Positions 31,910 to 48,978 of a stretch of DNA of 64,000 nt are shown here, one piece after another. The translations under genes were made by a program, and so were the position numbers. Under the pieces are notes generated by a model. That model had not been told where the DNA came from, ran no database searches, and worked only from the letters and a program-made list of their open reading frames with translations. Source of the stretch: the human T2T-CHM13v2.0 reference genome, Homo sapiens; assembly GCF_009914755.1 (NCBI RefSeq), contig NC_060942.1, one strand, 5' to 3'. Numbering within the stretch: position 1 is the stretch's first letter; every line of letters begins with the position of its first letter.

Positions 31910-32815
31910 AAAGATGCAGTGGGAATGTAAAATGGTGCAGGTACTATGGAAAACAGTATGGTGGTCCCTCAAAAAATTAAACATAGAATTACAACATGAT
32001 GCAGAAATTCCTCTTCCAGGTATATATCCAGAAGAAGAGAAAGCAGGGACTCGAATACACATGTACACCAATGTTCACAGCAGCATTATTCACAATAGCT
32101 AAAAGGTGGAAACAGCCCAGGTACCCGTTGATGGATGAATGGCTAAACAAAATATGGTCTATGCATACAATGGAATATTATTCAGTCTTTAAAAGGAAGG
32201 AAATTGTAATACATGCTACAACATAGATAAGCCTTGAGGACATTATGTACGCTAAGTGAAATAAGCCAGACAAAAGGACAAATAGAATATGATTCCACTT
32301 ATGTAAGCTTGATTACCCAGAGTAATCAAATTCATAGACAAAAGCTGAATGGAGGCTACCCAGGGCTGGGGGAAGAGAGGAACGTGGAGTTGGTGTTTAA
32401 GGGGTACAGAGTTTCTGTTTGGGAAGATGAAAAAGTTCTGGGGATGGATGGTGGTGACGGTTGCACAATATACTTAATGCCACTGTACTGTACACTTAAA
32501 AATGGTTAAAATGGCTCCCACTGCAGCCTCAAGTGCCCCTGTCCCACCTGGCTCCCCCTGCTGATGTCTAGTGTTTTTTTCTCTCCTGTCTTTGTATTGA
32601 AGGCAGGAAACAAGGGTGTCAAGCCCCCATTCCCTCCCTACTCTGACAGCAGGATTGGATGTTGTGTATTGTGGATTTTTTTTTGTTTATTTTGTTCTGA
32701 AATTAAAGTATGCAAAATAGAGAATATGCCATTTTTAATACAAAAAAAGGTTACAATGGTAAATTTTATGATATGCATATTTTATAATAACACCCCCTCC
32801 AAAAAAAAAGAGATG
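31910..32815 (+). mobile_element. L1MB 3' end hosting the retrocopy
   Basis: GGGAATGTAAAATGGTGCAG...AGTGAAATAAGCCAGACA...CACTTAAAAATGGTTAA; resumes as GGTAAATTTTATG after the insert. Confidence 0.8.
32513..32748 (+). pseudogene. 5'-truncated processed retrocopy of the HSP90AB1 3'UTR, nested in an L1 3' end
   Basis: GGCTCCCACTGCAGCCTC...GGATTGGATGTTGTGTATTGTGG...GAAATTAAAGTATGCAAAATAGAGAATATGCC recognised from memory as the HSP90AB1 3'UTR. Short A tail; TSD aaaaatggttaaaatgg / aaaaaaggttacaatgg. Confidence 0.85.
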
Positions 32816-33473
32816 AAAAGTGAATGGTATGAAGATTCAACCTTGTGAAAGACTGAGCTGTCTAAGTTGAAAATGAGTAGGAATGTAGTATTTCTAGGCA
32901 GGGGCCAACTCCATAGAAACCAATTAAGTCAGTGGAGGTCAAGCAAACAGCTCCGAGGGGATGTTTGAAATCTTATCTTTCTCATGACCTGATTTCGGTC
33001 ACATTCTTACTGAGCTCTGGCAAGGCATGATGATACTTCACAAAATACAAAACCAGAGCCCCAAACTCAGGACTTTACAGTGAAAGACCCATTGTTCACA
33101 CAATGCTTTCTCCTTGGTGGCATTTCCTGAACAGCAAGTTCGGGCAGCCCCATTTCTTGCCTGGCTCAGTCTATAAGACTGATACAAGACTGGTATAAAG
33201 TTGTAAATGATTCTAAATATTGTTCATCCCACTAGAGACCTACTAAGTGGTTATTTAACTGACATTTTTTTGTGCTTCCTTCATATGAAGAACACAGATA
33301 AATATCTTCTGATTACATACCATTAAATAGTAGGAAAAGCAAAAATTCTTAAATTATATGATTGACAATTCTCATGATCGTCTTGTAAATACTACGGAGG
33401 AAAAGGTCTTAGAAACTGTTGAACTGCACTGGATCAGTCACTTGCTCTTAAAAGGGTGATTAAGAATAGCCAA

Positions 33474-33775
<302 letters not shown>

Positions 33776-33958
33776 AACGACTAGCCAAAATTTGATCCAA
33801 AAACTATTGTACAGAGGGGTGTGGGGGAATTCTCTGTACTTTACATTCAATTTTTCTGTAAACCTAAAACTTCTCTAAAAAATAGTCTATTATTTTTTAA
33901 AACAAGAAAACAATTACACATATTCTAGTAATTCTCAACTGATAAGAAAGCTTATGTT

Positions 33959-34252
<294 letters not shown>

Positions 34253-36378
34253 TCAGCCCAGTTGGCTGAACAGAAGCGAATAAGTATAATAGTTTTAAAG
34301 CTTTACCAAATTTCCCGGGCTATCTCAGTTTGTACAGCTATGCCATCCAGCTAATTATTTGCAGGTTTAAATTTGACCTCACAGTTTTCCTAGCTTCATT
34401 TCCGAAACAGTCAGGCCAGAGCGAGTCAGTGCTTTCTAAGTGCCTGCATACAAATTGCAAAGAGACCACAGGTCTGAGGAGGTGCACGGCATCAACAGGC
34501 AGCTGTCCCAGTCACTAAGAAGTCTCTACCTTCAGTGCACTTTGGCAGCCTGGTCATCTCACCAAAACCAATGCTTTCAGAGTCAGAATTCCACAATCAC
34601 CCATATTCCCCTGGAAAAAGGTAGTGATAGGTGAGTAATATATTTTTAATTTCCTATAGCCTAGAGAACTTTAAAACTACATTGAATGTTTTCCATGATT
34701 TAGGCTTAAAACGACAAATCCAGAGGATGTATTCTCTACATCCCAGTGCATATTCGTGAATGACGTGGATACAAATCGACACATTTTTCAGATTTTTCAT
34801 GTAAGCATAAGATGAAATAATGAACAGGAAAGCACTTTATAAAATGCACAATACAGAGGTAAGGTATCAGATTTTTAATCAATATTCCAATGTTCCATAG
34901 TTATTCTTGTGACAACTGGAACTTCTCAAAATAATGAGACTTAGAGTCAAATCGGTTCTTTCTCTTTGGTTAGAATATGACTTGAAAAGTCTGTCCAGCC
35001 TCTAATATTGATATTCAATATCTAAAAATGTCACCACCGTGTTATAGCAATTTGACTGCCTCAATAGATTAATAATCATAAAATTTACACATGTGAAGAT
35101 AATAAATCAGACCAAACATTGTTTAAGCATCTGAATTTAGCTTAGTCCTCCCAAAGATATGTCCAGTACAGTGACATAATGTGACAACTCATTATAAACA
35201 AATAAATTCTCTGCTATTCAATTAGCATAGGACAAAAAAGAAAAGAAAAGAAAATTCTGATCTCTATACTACCAAGGAATTGTGAAACACACTTTATCAC
35301 TGTTACTGAGCATATAAATTGAGCAATGTTTTTGAAAAAAATAAGGCAATAAAGATCACATTTTAAAAAATTTAAGCATTTAACCAAATAATCTAATTTT
35401 TTGGAATCGACACTAAAAAATAAACTACCGTAACAGCCATAAAATATTCAAATGTTTGTTGCAGCATAACTTAGAATAGCCCCAAATTGGAAACACCTTA
35501 AGTGTCTCCCAATGGGAACAGGTTAAATGAATTATTGTGTAGCCAAATGATAAAATATCATTCTTCCATTAAAAATTATTACAGGCATTTTGCTGGTCGC
35601 TAGGAAGAAGAAATTGGTAGCACCTGGCTCTCCTCCAGTGAACAGCTAGAACTCTGGACACAGGATATAAACAATGGGTTTCAAATATTGGACAGCAGGC
35701 AGCACGGGACAGTGACTCCTGGGAGAAGAGCCCAGGATTGCTTTGCTTTCAGCAGCATTTTTACAATAGACAAAAACTGGAAATACCCAGCAAGACAGTG
35801 GATAAATAAATGTTGCTATATCCATAAAGTGAAATTACTACACAGAAATGAATGGAACAAGCCACTCATACAAGCAATGGCATGTGAATCTGACAAACCT
35901 CATGCTCACAGAAAGAAGCCAGACACAAAAAAGGACGCACTGTGATTCCATTAATAAGAAGTCATCTCACAGGCAAAACTCTTCCAAAGTGAAAAAAAAA
36001 AAAAATTCAGGACAGCGGTTCCTCTGGCTGCTGGGAGGGAGGAGAGCAAGTGGGGAATTGGCTGGGAAGGGGGTGGGGGAGCCTTTTGGGGTGACGCAAA
36101 CGTTCTATACCAAGGGAATGGCTTATACAAGTGTCTGTATTTATCAAAACTCACCCAACTATACACTCGAGATTTGTGCATTTCACTATATGTCAATTAT
36201 GTCCCAATAAATAGAAAAGAAAAACGAGAGGAAATGTTTATTCTAGGACTGAATGTACTATGTCAGCTCCACAGACATGCCAGGCTTTCTAATTTCCAGG
36301 CCTTTCCCACCCTGCTCTTCCCTGCTGCTTCTTCCTTCTGTATTCCTGCCTCCCTTCCTCCGGTGGGTCCTTTTCGCA

Positions 36379-36674
<296 letters not shown>

Positions 36675-37958
36675 GCATTGTTTCTCTGAGCCACGAAGTG
36701 GTCCTTCTGAAGTGTTCTCTGTGCACCCCCGGTCCCTGCACACTCTACACCACTCAGCAGAAGCCTATTTTTCCCCACCAGACCAGAAGCCCCTTGAGAG
36801 CTGGGGCCTGCCTTTAAAGATGCAATGAAAGCGAGCCTGCTCATCACTGCTAATAACCAACATACTGAAGGAACCGCCCATGTGTTGTCCACTTTCTTTG
36901 CACTAAGGGCTTAATGTGAATCCGATCGTTGTCTTGTTCATCGATGAATCCTGAGATCCCAGTATGCACAAGACAGAGATTCCCTGATTTCTTAAATATA
37001 TTCAGTGTTCTTAGATATGATGCAATGGAGCAAAAGGTCACCCCTGATTGTAAGAATCACAGGGGATTTTTTAAATAACTTTTTTCTTATATTTTTCTAT
37101 AGTTTAAAAACTTTCTGCTATTATATGTTACTAGTACATCAAAATAAAGGAAGTTCTGTGTAGAGAAAAGGTCCACTGAAGACATTAAAAACACAAGAGA
37201 TATTCTGAGACCTAGCTGAGGTTTTTATAAGCCATGTTTTAAAAACGTTGTTACAGCTTTGTTTTTAAAGATGGAAATACTACAATCTGAGTAGAAGTTA
37301 AGTCAATACATAAAAAAGAAAAAAAAAAAGCTAGAATGGATACCAAACTGCACTATATTTTTCAAAGAAATATCTCTTGAGAAATTAAAACTTACCCCTT
37401 TTTTTCAGCTTCAATATAATGGAAGAAATAATTTCAGAACGGACTTCCCTTTTTTCCCATAAATATACAAAAATCTTTACTTTGATGCCAAAACAGTTGG
37501 GGATATGAAAAGCATTTTGTGATCCAATCCTGCAAAACTGTCTTCACGGATTTCCCTGAATCCTCCCAGGCCAAATGCAGGAAGCCCTGCTGGGTAGAAA
37601 CACTGAAATAGTGCAGCCAAACCTTGGCAGCTCAAAATCTAAAGAGAACTGAGCTCTGCCAAATGGCAAAATGGTTATCCTGGACTGTTTGGCAATCCCC
37701 ACCGATAATATGTAAGCGAGAAAGCTTAAATATAAATCGTATCAAGAAACAAAAACTCCATCTTGTTCCTAAAGCCTAGCCTCCATTGTTTTCACTTATT
37801 CAGCTCACTTATCGTTAAAAGAACAGTATGTGCATTCCTGTTTGGTTCCTATAAGCTCTTCACCTCACCTAAAGACAGGGGTGCGGCCCCTACAAGATAA
37901 GATATGCAAGGCTGCAAAGATTAAAGCCTCCTAGAGAAAGACCCTTTCAGAAGGCTGA

Positions 37959-38517
37959 TGCAGTAGCAGTTTTAAAACAGGCCTCAAATTCTTCACCCCT
38001 CCTCCGGTTGACGGGTGAGGCTGGTCTATCTTTCCCAAGTTGAATCTCTGCCAACCTGAGTGACTGGGTGGCTCATACAGCACAGGGAAACTGGCACTGT
38101 GTGACTGGAGACCAGGTCTAAGAGGGGACACAACTTCTGCCTCCTGCCCCAAGCTGCCCTATAAGCAAGCTGCCTTAAAGTCGCCATGCTGTGAGGAAGC
38201 TCAGGCACCCATGTGGAAAGACCACACGGAGACGCCCTGAACTCTCATGAACATAGCCTCCAGCTGCCCCAGGAACCTTCTCCCAGCTGGTCTGGCACCC
38301 TCTTCCCCAGCTGCCCCAAACCCCCTCCTCCAGCTGCCCCAGAGAACCTCTCCCCTAAGCTGCTCCAAGTCTAGCCCCCCATGGTCTGCAGCCTTAGACA
38401 TACCCACTCAGGCCTTTCCTAAATCCTGACCCCACTGAAATCAGGAAAGGTATAAAATGAATGTTGCTGTTTTAAGCCATAAAGTTTCACAGTGATTTCT
38501 TACACAATAGATAACCA
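37959..38517 (+). mobile_element. MLT1 (G/H-like) solo LTR
   Basis: MaLR 3' motif TGTTGCTGTTTTAAGCCATAAAGTTT...CAATAGATAACC; subfamily uncertain. Confidence 0.65.
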
Positions 38518-40264
38518 GCAGAGAAGCTATGCATGAGAAAATAAAACGAGATAATGAAAATGTGAAAACAAAAGAAAGACCTATTTCTGAGTCTAGTAGC
38601 TTCACAGAGAACATGACAACACAGATAAAAATGTCTGAAGGACAGGAATTTAGGGTGGCTTACTTCCAAATCATAATGATGAGCTTAAGATTTCTTCCAA
38701 TCTATTTATTTTACCAAGCAAATTCAAGAAACCTTAATATTTGAAATTGGTGGAGGCCAGTATGAAGTAATAGAAAACTGGAATAGAATCATTAGAGTAC
38801 AAAAAGCATACAGTAAAAGTAATTTCTATCTGAGTGCTTCTAGGAAGGGTTTCTGCCTAATCTCTTTCCAGGAACAGCCAAAATTCACTTGTAATGAGAC
38901 GCTCCAATTTAGATGCAATTCTTGCAATAAAAATCTTTAAAGATTTTATCTTAAGAATGTGAAATTTCCCTATTTTCTTGTTGACCTTGTCGATGTGCTT
39001 AATAAACACTTTATATTTGAATGATATAATAATAAACCTCACTCAATACTGGTCAATTTTTCAGAAATTTGGGGGAAAAAACAACTGACATCTGAATTAA
39101 TGAGGTTTTACAAAACCCAGCACACAAGCAGCTCTTGTCTAAAAGTTTGCATAAAACAAAGGCTCCTCTGTGATTATGTTCCCACAACAAAGTGCTACTT
39201 CCTAATTAAACCTACACATAAAATAAAGCACTGCTCCAAAAGGCAGCTTTATTTTCAATGCCATAGGGAACTTCCCTTTTTTACAAAACAGATCTTATCT
39301 TCTAAAAGACTATTATACATTTTTACTCACAAATCTGACCCTCACTCCCACTGAAATGTTCTCCGGCTTTAAAAGTTTTTTAAGGAAAATAGGAGATAAC
39401 TGATTTATTTTCCTGCTTCTTGATCAAAAAAAAAAAAAAAAACACGTTAGGTAGCACCCAATTCTATCAGCCACTGCAAAAGCATGAAGGAAGTGTCAAT
39501 ACCCTGCTGGATTCATAGGGGAGAGGACCCTACTGAGCAGGCAAACAGAACAAGAGGGAAAGGGCTAGAATCTGAACACTCCCAACATCAAGAGGGAATT
39601 GCAAGAGCTCTTGCCAGTCTCCCCATAAAGTCAGAACAAAGGAAAACAATAATTGGAGACCAAAGACAAGGAGACAGCGTGGCATGGTGTAGAGGGAACC
39701 AGAGGTCCTGGTTTCCAGGCCTAGCTTGAGCACCTGCAGCCGTAGACTCTGGGCAAGCCTGTGACCTGCTTACTCTGTGCCGTGATTTTTGTACCTGCAA
39801 AGAGGCGATCACTCGCATTCCAGAACTGCTGGGAAAAGCAGATGAAATAACATGGACGAGGAAAAAAATGCTATAACCCATATCTATAAATTCCTATATA
39901 TGTACCTGTTAATAACATTCCTCTTTCAAAAGATGCTCAAAACAAAATTAACCATAAATTTGTCATATAAACCTCAAACATGATTGATACTCACTGTATT
40001 ACTTCATTGGTATACATACGAAATGAACCTTTTTTCACTGAAAGCTCAAGTTATTACCCATAACAGAAAAAGCACCAAAATGTCAGGCCTGAGGATTCTT
40101 AGGCAAATGATGCGTAAGCCATATAGAAACTATTAATGCAGCTTTAACAATTATTAATCATGAGTTTCAGTTATACTGGGAAATGTTCATGCTATACAAT
40201 TACATAAAACATTAGAACACAAATTTATATATCACATAATCTGTCTCAGCTGGAGGGTCAGAGT

Positions 40265-40490
40265 GGTGCAATGATGCAGAGCTCAGGCTCTTAAGCTTCA
40301 GTGAGTCCTACCCTTGAGCAAGCCTCTTAAACTCTCTAAGTCTCAGTTTCGTCATCTGTCAAAAGGGGATAATAACAGGAGCCAAGTCACAGGCGATTAT
40401 GAGAATTCAATGACATAATCCTGATCAAGTGCATAGCACAATGTCTGGCACAGTAAGTATGTAATACATGATAGTATTGTTGTAGCATTA
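40265..40490 (+). mobile_element. MIR
   Basis: CTCTAAGTCTCAGTTTCGTCATCTGTCAAAAGGGGATAATAA core. Other MIR-like pieces lie near 9730, 24920-25870, 39680, 55270 and 56230. Confidence 0.7.
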
Positions 40491-41174
40491 TTAAATGCAT
40501 AGAATTGTAGGCAAATGACAAAGTAAATATCCCAAGGGATCAATTAGCGATTGTTACAGAGCGAAGAGATGATGTGTTTCTGCCTGTTTACACTTATCTT
40601 ATCTTCCATTTTTCTATGATGATTCCATCTTAATTTCCTAATCAGAAAAAACAGAATAATTATTGACTTATGAATTTCTCAAAATCTGCATAACTGCACT
40701 CCTTAATCCTGTTAGCTAACTGTAATTAGATTCTATTAAGGCCTGGTTTAACATTTCCCTTGGTGATATCTGAAGATCTTTGGGAACCTAAAGTAATTTG
40801 TGTATTAGAAATATGACAGAGGGAAAGAAAACTCATGTTTATTAAATGTGAGGAGTTTGTTAGGTACTCTACATCCTTCAAGCTATCACATTTCACTTTG
40901 TATATATCACCCTACCACACTTCATGCATCTCCACCACATCACACCACCAAAACCCAATAGTTAATACATAAATGGAACTGCTTCTGTATTTCCTCCATC
41001 CCTGTCCTGAAGGTCCCAGGACCAAGCTGGTGCCCTGATGCAGTCTCTCGGCTGAGAACCAAGAATACCTAGTTTGTAATGTATTAGACAGCAGTCCATG
41101 ATTTCTCCAGGAGAATTCTAAAATTTGCATTTTCATTCCAAAGTTATTCTAAAAAACTTAATATGAGCATATTT

Positions 41175-41732
41175 AGGATGTGGCTGACCACCATAATAAC
41201 AAAATCCTGCCCCAGGATGTCGAGGGCTGCTCTGTCTCTGTGTTTCTGTTGGTATACTGGTGCAAGTGACCACCTACTGAGAAGAAGTGTTTGCGCTGGT
41301 TGCTAAGCACCTGCCAGCCCAGCTTTGGATGCTGAGGCTGGGACGCTGCAAATCGATGCTCCCTGACGGCGACACTAGTGGGAGGCTGGAGGGCTGGAGG
41401 GAGGCAGGACTTCTCCCATGTCTACTTCCGGGTCCTATCAGCCTTGCCCAGCAGCGGCCCTCTGCCTTGGGCTGTAGCAGCTGACTCCAGCCTCCAGCTT
41501 TCCAGGACCCCCAGAAGAGCATTCTGAAAGATAGGAGACTCTCTTCCCAGGCTCTAGGTGCTATAACCACACCCTCCTGCGTTGCTGCCTCCTCCACCAC
41601 TACTACCCCCAAGTTACCTTCCTGCTCCCTCTCCCAGCTCTCCCACACTGTCAAACCAATTCCTCACACTAAATTTGTGCCTTTAAATGACTGGTGTGGC
41701 TTCCATATTCCTGACTGACCCTGGCTGACATA
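41175..41732 (+). mobile_element. LTR33-like ERVL LTR
   Basis: 3' end GGTGTGGCTTCC...CCTGACTGACCCTGGCTGACATA; 5' boundary uncertain. Confidence 0.5.
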
Positions 41733-41754
41733 ATACACCAAATATTTCACAGTG

Positions 41755-42860
<1,106 letters not shown>

Positions 42861-43486
42861 CAACAGTGTATTAACTTTTAAAATAGTGGTTCTCAAACAG
42901 GAAATCTTCATGTTCTTCTACTGAGAAATGCTACCATAGGGAATAAATTTTCCTGTAATTCGTGGAACCTATAGGATTTTGGACAATTATAAATGCAAGA
43001 TTCATGAAATGTGCATGCTCTTTCAGAATAATTTCTCTTAAATTTTAAGTTGTCAAAAAAGATCACTGTTCAGTGGTAGTATTGATATATGAGATCCTAA
43101 ACCACTTGGTGAGCAGCATTTTATTAATGGAGACCACAACATATATGTTAATTTTGTATTTGTTAAAGTTGATGATTATTATGCTTTACTTTTCTTAAAA
43201 ATATCACACACATGAAATTCCTATGAATTTTTTAAAAGTAAGATACTGCTAGATATCTGACAGTGTATCTTCTAAAATACTGTGAATCAATGAAAGAAGT
43301 GAATAGTAGACATTATTTTTAAAAAGCAAAGAAGTAAATCTCATTATTCCTCTTGTAATACATTACTAAAATAAACAGTAGTTAAACCTTATTGCAAACC
43401 ATACAACATTTATGGACTTCTGATAAGACTACTTTTTAATCTTTTCTTTAGTTTATCTTGCAGATAACCAAACCTAATACATAGAG

Positions 43487-43488
<2 letters not shown>

Positions 43489-43525
<37 letters not shown>
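43489..43525 (+). repeat. Orphan poly(A)37
   Basis: Counted directly; no adjacent Alu or L1 body seen. Confidence 0.9.
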
Positions 43526-43527
<2 letters not shown>

Positions 43528-43861
43528 CTGTAATTCTGACAGCTGTCATCAATTAGAGAATCAGGAACAGGATCAATGTTAGCATTTGCCAACACAGAAT
43601 GCAGCTAATTTGGTCATAAAACCTCAAGAGCTGATATTTACCAAGTTACACAAACACATTTATAATATTAAGTTTTACAACTCTTGATAAGACTAAGGTC
43701 TACCTGTAATTTTACTTTAGAAATCTATACTTTAGATTTTACATTTTTATAGTACTGAAACAAAGCAGCCAAAAGGTTTGTTCCTTGTTCTTTTCTATTC
43801 AGACTGTGAACAAGAAAAGAGGAGGGGGGGGAAGTTAAAAAAAATTTTTAAAAAAGCACAA

Positions 43862-44498
<637 letters not shown>

Positions 44499-44779
44499 TC
44501 AGTGCCTGAACTGTGCCAATGTCTGGGTGTGCAGAAGTGAATAAGACATCTCTCTATAAATACTAACCAGGAAAGGAAAGGGCAGAGAAAGAAAAGTAGA
44601 AGACAGCTGTGGTCCCATCCCTCATGGAGTATATAGTCTAGAAAACAACTGGTAGTTGGCTAATGGCTAAGGAAACATGCAGATTTTGGCAAGGTAAAAA
44701 AAAGTCATCAGAAGGTGTAGCCATGCTGTAGATCTGAATGTCAGTGAGATCTAAGAAACAATGGGGATATGGGACAGAA

Positions 44780-45510
44780 AAAAGGAAGTAACATTACAAG
44801 GAAGAAACCTGACTTTTAACACCCAGAGAGAATTCAAATTTAGCACCACTACTAGTGGGACAACCAGCCCTGGGTGCCTCCTGATGTGAGGTGAGAGGAT
44901 GGCTGGTGATGTGGTCTTCTGAAAAACACTTAACTGGAATCTAATCAGGTCTCTAGAGCTGAATTTGGTGTATAGGAAATAGAGAGCACAGAAGAATATG
45001 TTAAATAAAACCATGAAGAAACAATCTGACAAATCCAGAATGTGGCATATTCTACAGGACAACTGGTCTGGTCTATTCATATATTCAATAGCATTTTTTT
45101 TAAGTGAAGGACAATTCAGATGAGAAGAGATTTAAGAAGCATAGCAATCCAATGCAACAAGTGGTCCTTACTGGATCCTGGTTAAAAAAAAAAAAAAGCA
45201 GTAAAAGATACTAGTTGATAAACTGGGAAAATTGAATGTGGATGGGAAAAGAGTTATTAAGAAATTACTGTTAATTTTGCCCAAGGAGGCTGAAATGGTA
45301 TGGTATCTAATCAGAACAAACGTCTTTATTTTTTGAAGACACAAACTGAAGGACTGGCAAAATGTTGTGATGACTGCAATTCACTGAAACGAACATGGTC
45401 CAGTGTTTTAAAATCCCCAAATCTCAAGGGTGGGTATATGTGTATTCACTGTAATATGCTTTCTACATATGCAAAAGTGTTTGTAATAAAAAGGCTCAAT
45501 AAATAAATAA
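44780..45510 (+). mobile_element. L1ME/MC 3' fragment
   Basis: GACAAATCCAGAATGTGGCATATTCTACAGGACAACTGG. Confidence 0.6.
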
Positions 45511-45666
45511 ATCTGAGAAAGGCTTGATCAGATATAAGCATAATGTGCTTTGTTTAAAAAAAAACAAAGCACAGCAGAATTTTTATACTGTGTAAATGGT
45601 AAAGAAATTTCTGAATACTAATTATTTTAAGTGATCTTATTTTAAAAGCATATCCTAAAACACTAA

Positions 45667-47554
<1,888 letters not shown>

Positions 47555-48495
47555 TTAAAACTATCACTTATTCAAAGAATTCTGATTGTCATTAAATCTC
47601 TATAATTCCTATTTAAATCCTACAATGCACATCACAATTACTTGTGTCTTTTAACCGATCTCATATTTTACATGAAACTTATGAGTTCTAACACAAGAGA
47701 AACTGAATGGAAATAAATAAGAATTAATGCGATGGCTTTTCTGAAAAGCTCAAAACAGAACCAGGACAACAGCTCCAAAACACCTGCCATCTCTCTTTTT
47801 CATTCCTTCCACTCAGACTCCTTTTGTTTTTCTTTCCCAGGAACATCAGGGCAACTGGGGCTCATCTCATATTTCTCTCCATCCTCCTATGTGGACTTGA
47901 AGCAAGGTAAGGAGATGCAGGTGTGGCTGGAGCCAGTCATACCTTCCCTCTCCCCACTCATGCTGAAGGCACTGCTTAAGTTACTATTGGGCAACTCCAG
48001 CTTACCTGGCCCAGACAGACTACATGTGGCAGGGGAGACACAGTCAAGAGGTTTAACACCGTTTTGTCTTTTTTTCTTCTAGCCTTATATAATCCTTATA
48101 CAATAACTTACTCAATGACATTAGCAAGACAGTAAGCTAAAAGTTAGGAAATACATGTGTTTTCCCCCTCTCCCTCCCCATGCATCTGTTGGCAGCCAGC
48201 AAACAGCCTGACATGATACCCTGGATGGATGAGTGTGCCCTGTTGACACAGCTTCGAAGAACATCAACCATATGGAAGCAATTTCACCCATCTCCCTGAA
48301 GACACCTGGGAATGATGAAAGTGACAAGAAATGGCACCAGGGACTCCTTCTGTATACCACTTGCCTTCACCTGGTGGAAATAGTGAGATTAGAATGTAAA
48401 TGTGTTCAGAAAGAAGCCAGACTTTCCCAAAGGTCATCAGAAGACCACAGCTCAGCAGCCTGTAGACACTCTTCAATGGTTCTGGGCTCACCTAC

Positions 48496-48608
48496 CTGTC
48501 TTAAGTCCAGAGTGATTGTGACCCAGTGATATTCTCTCCCATTCTGAATGCTGGGACTTTGCCACCAGTTATTGGTGCCATCTATGGCATGTGATATTGG
48601 ATGGCGTT
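48496..48608 (-). CDS. LAMA1: Exon 3 (113 nt), LN domain: ERHPISHAIDGTNNWWQSPSIQNGREYHWVTITLDLRQ
   Basis: Contains the LN hallmark WWQSP. Acceptor CAACAG|, donor CAG|GTAGGT; phase 1-0. Confidence 0.97.
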
Positions 48609-48807
48609 CTGTTGAAAGAAAATAAAAAACATGAATTCCTCTCGGCTGTTGCTTTAAATTTCTTAAGTTCTAAACCGTAATGCTAGTGGAAACAAAGAGC
48701 AGTGAAGGTGAACACAATGTTTATGGCTTCCTAACAGAAGTCTCAGTCCTCATTTCACAAAGTGTACATTCCCATGGGAATTTCAGAAATAAAGGCGCGA
48801 CACTTGC
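48609..48807 (-). other. LAMA1: LAMA1 intron 2 (199 nt), GC-AG type
   Basis: The donor reads CAGAG|GCAAGTG, and splicing here gives the continuous ...ANPR-E-RHPI sequence. Confidence 0.92.
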
Positions 48808-48978
48808 CTCTGGGGTTTGCGCTGTTGCCATCACAGATCCGGCACTGTGGGTTTCGGACGGGCCGACCTGGCACATGCTCCACAAGTTTGCAGAACATCT
48901 CCGGCCCCTTCTCGCCACAGGTGGCATTGGTGCTGATGTGAGCATTGCTGGCAAGATTGAGAATGGCAGGAAACAGGC
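48808..48978 (-). CDS. LAMA1: Laminin alpha-1 exon 2 (171 nt), start of LN domain: GLFPAILNLASNAHISTNATCGEKGPEMFCKLVEHVPGRPVRNPQCRICDGNSANPR
   Basis: Manual translation matches the laminin alpha-1 N-terminus. Acceptor TTTCAG|GC; non-canonical donor AG|GCAAGT; phase 1-1. Confidence 0.96.

Noticed and set aside
31914-32509. Cluster of plus-strand ORFs resembling the L1 ORF2 C-terminus
   Set aside because: These are frameshifted remnants of an old L1, not a gene.
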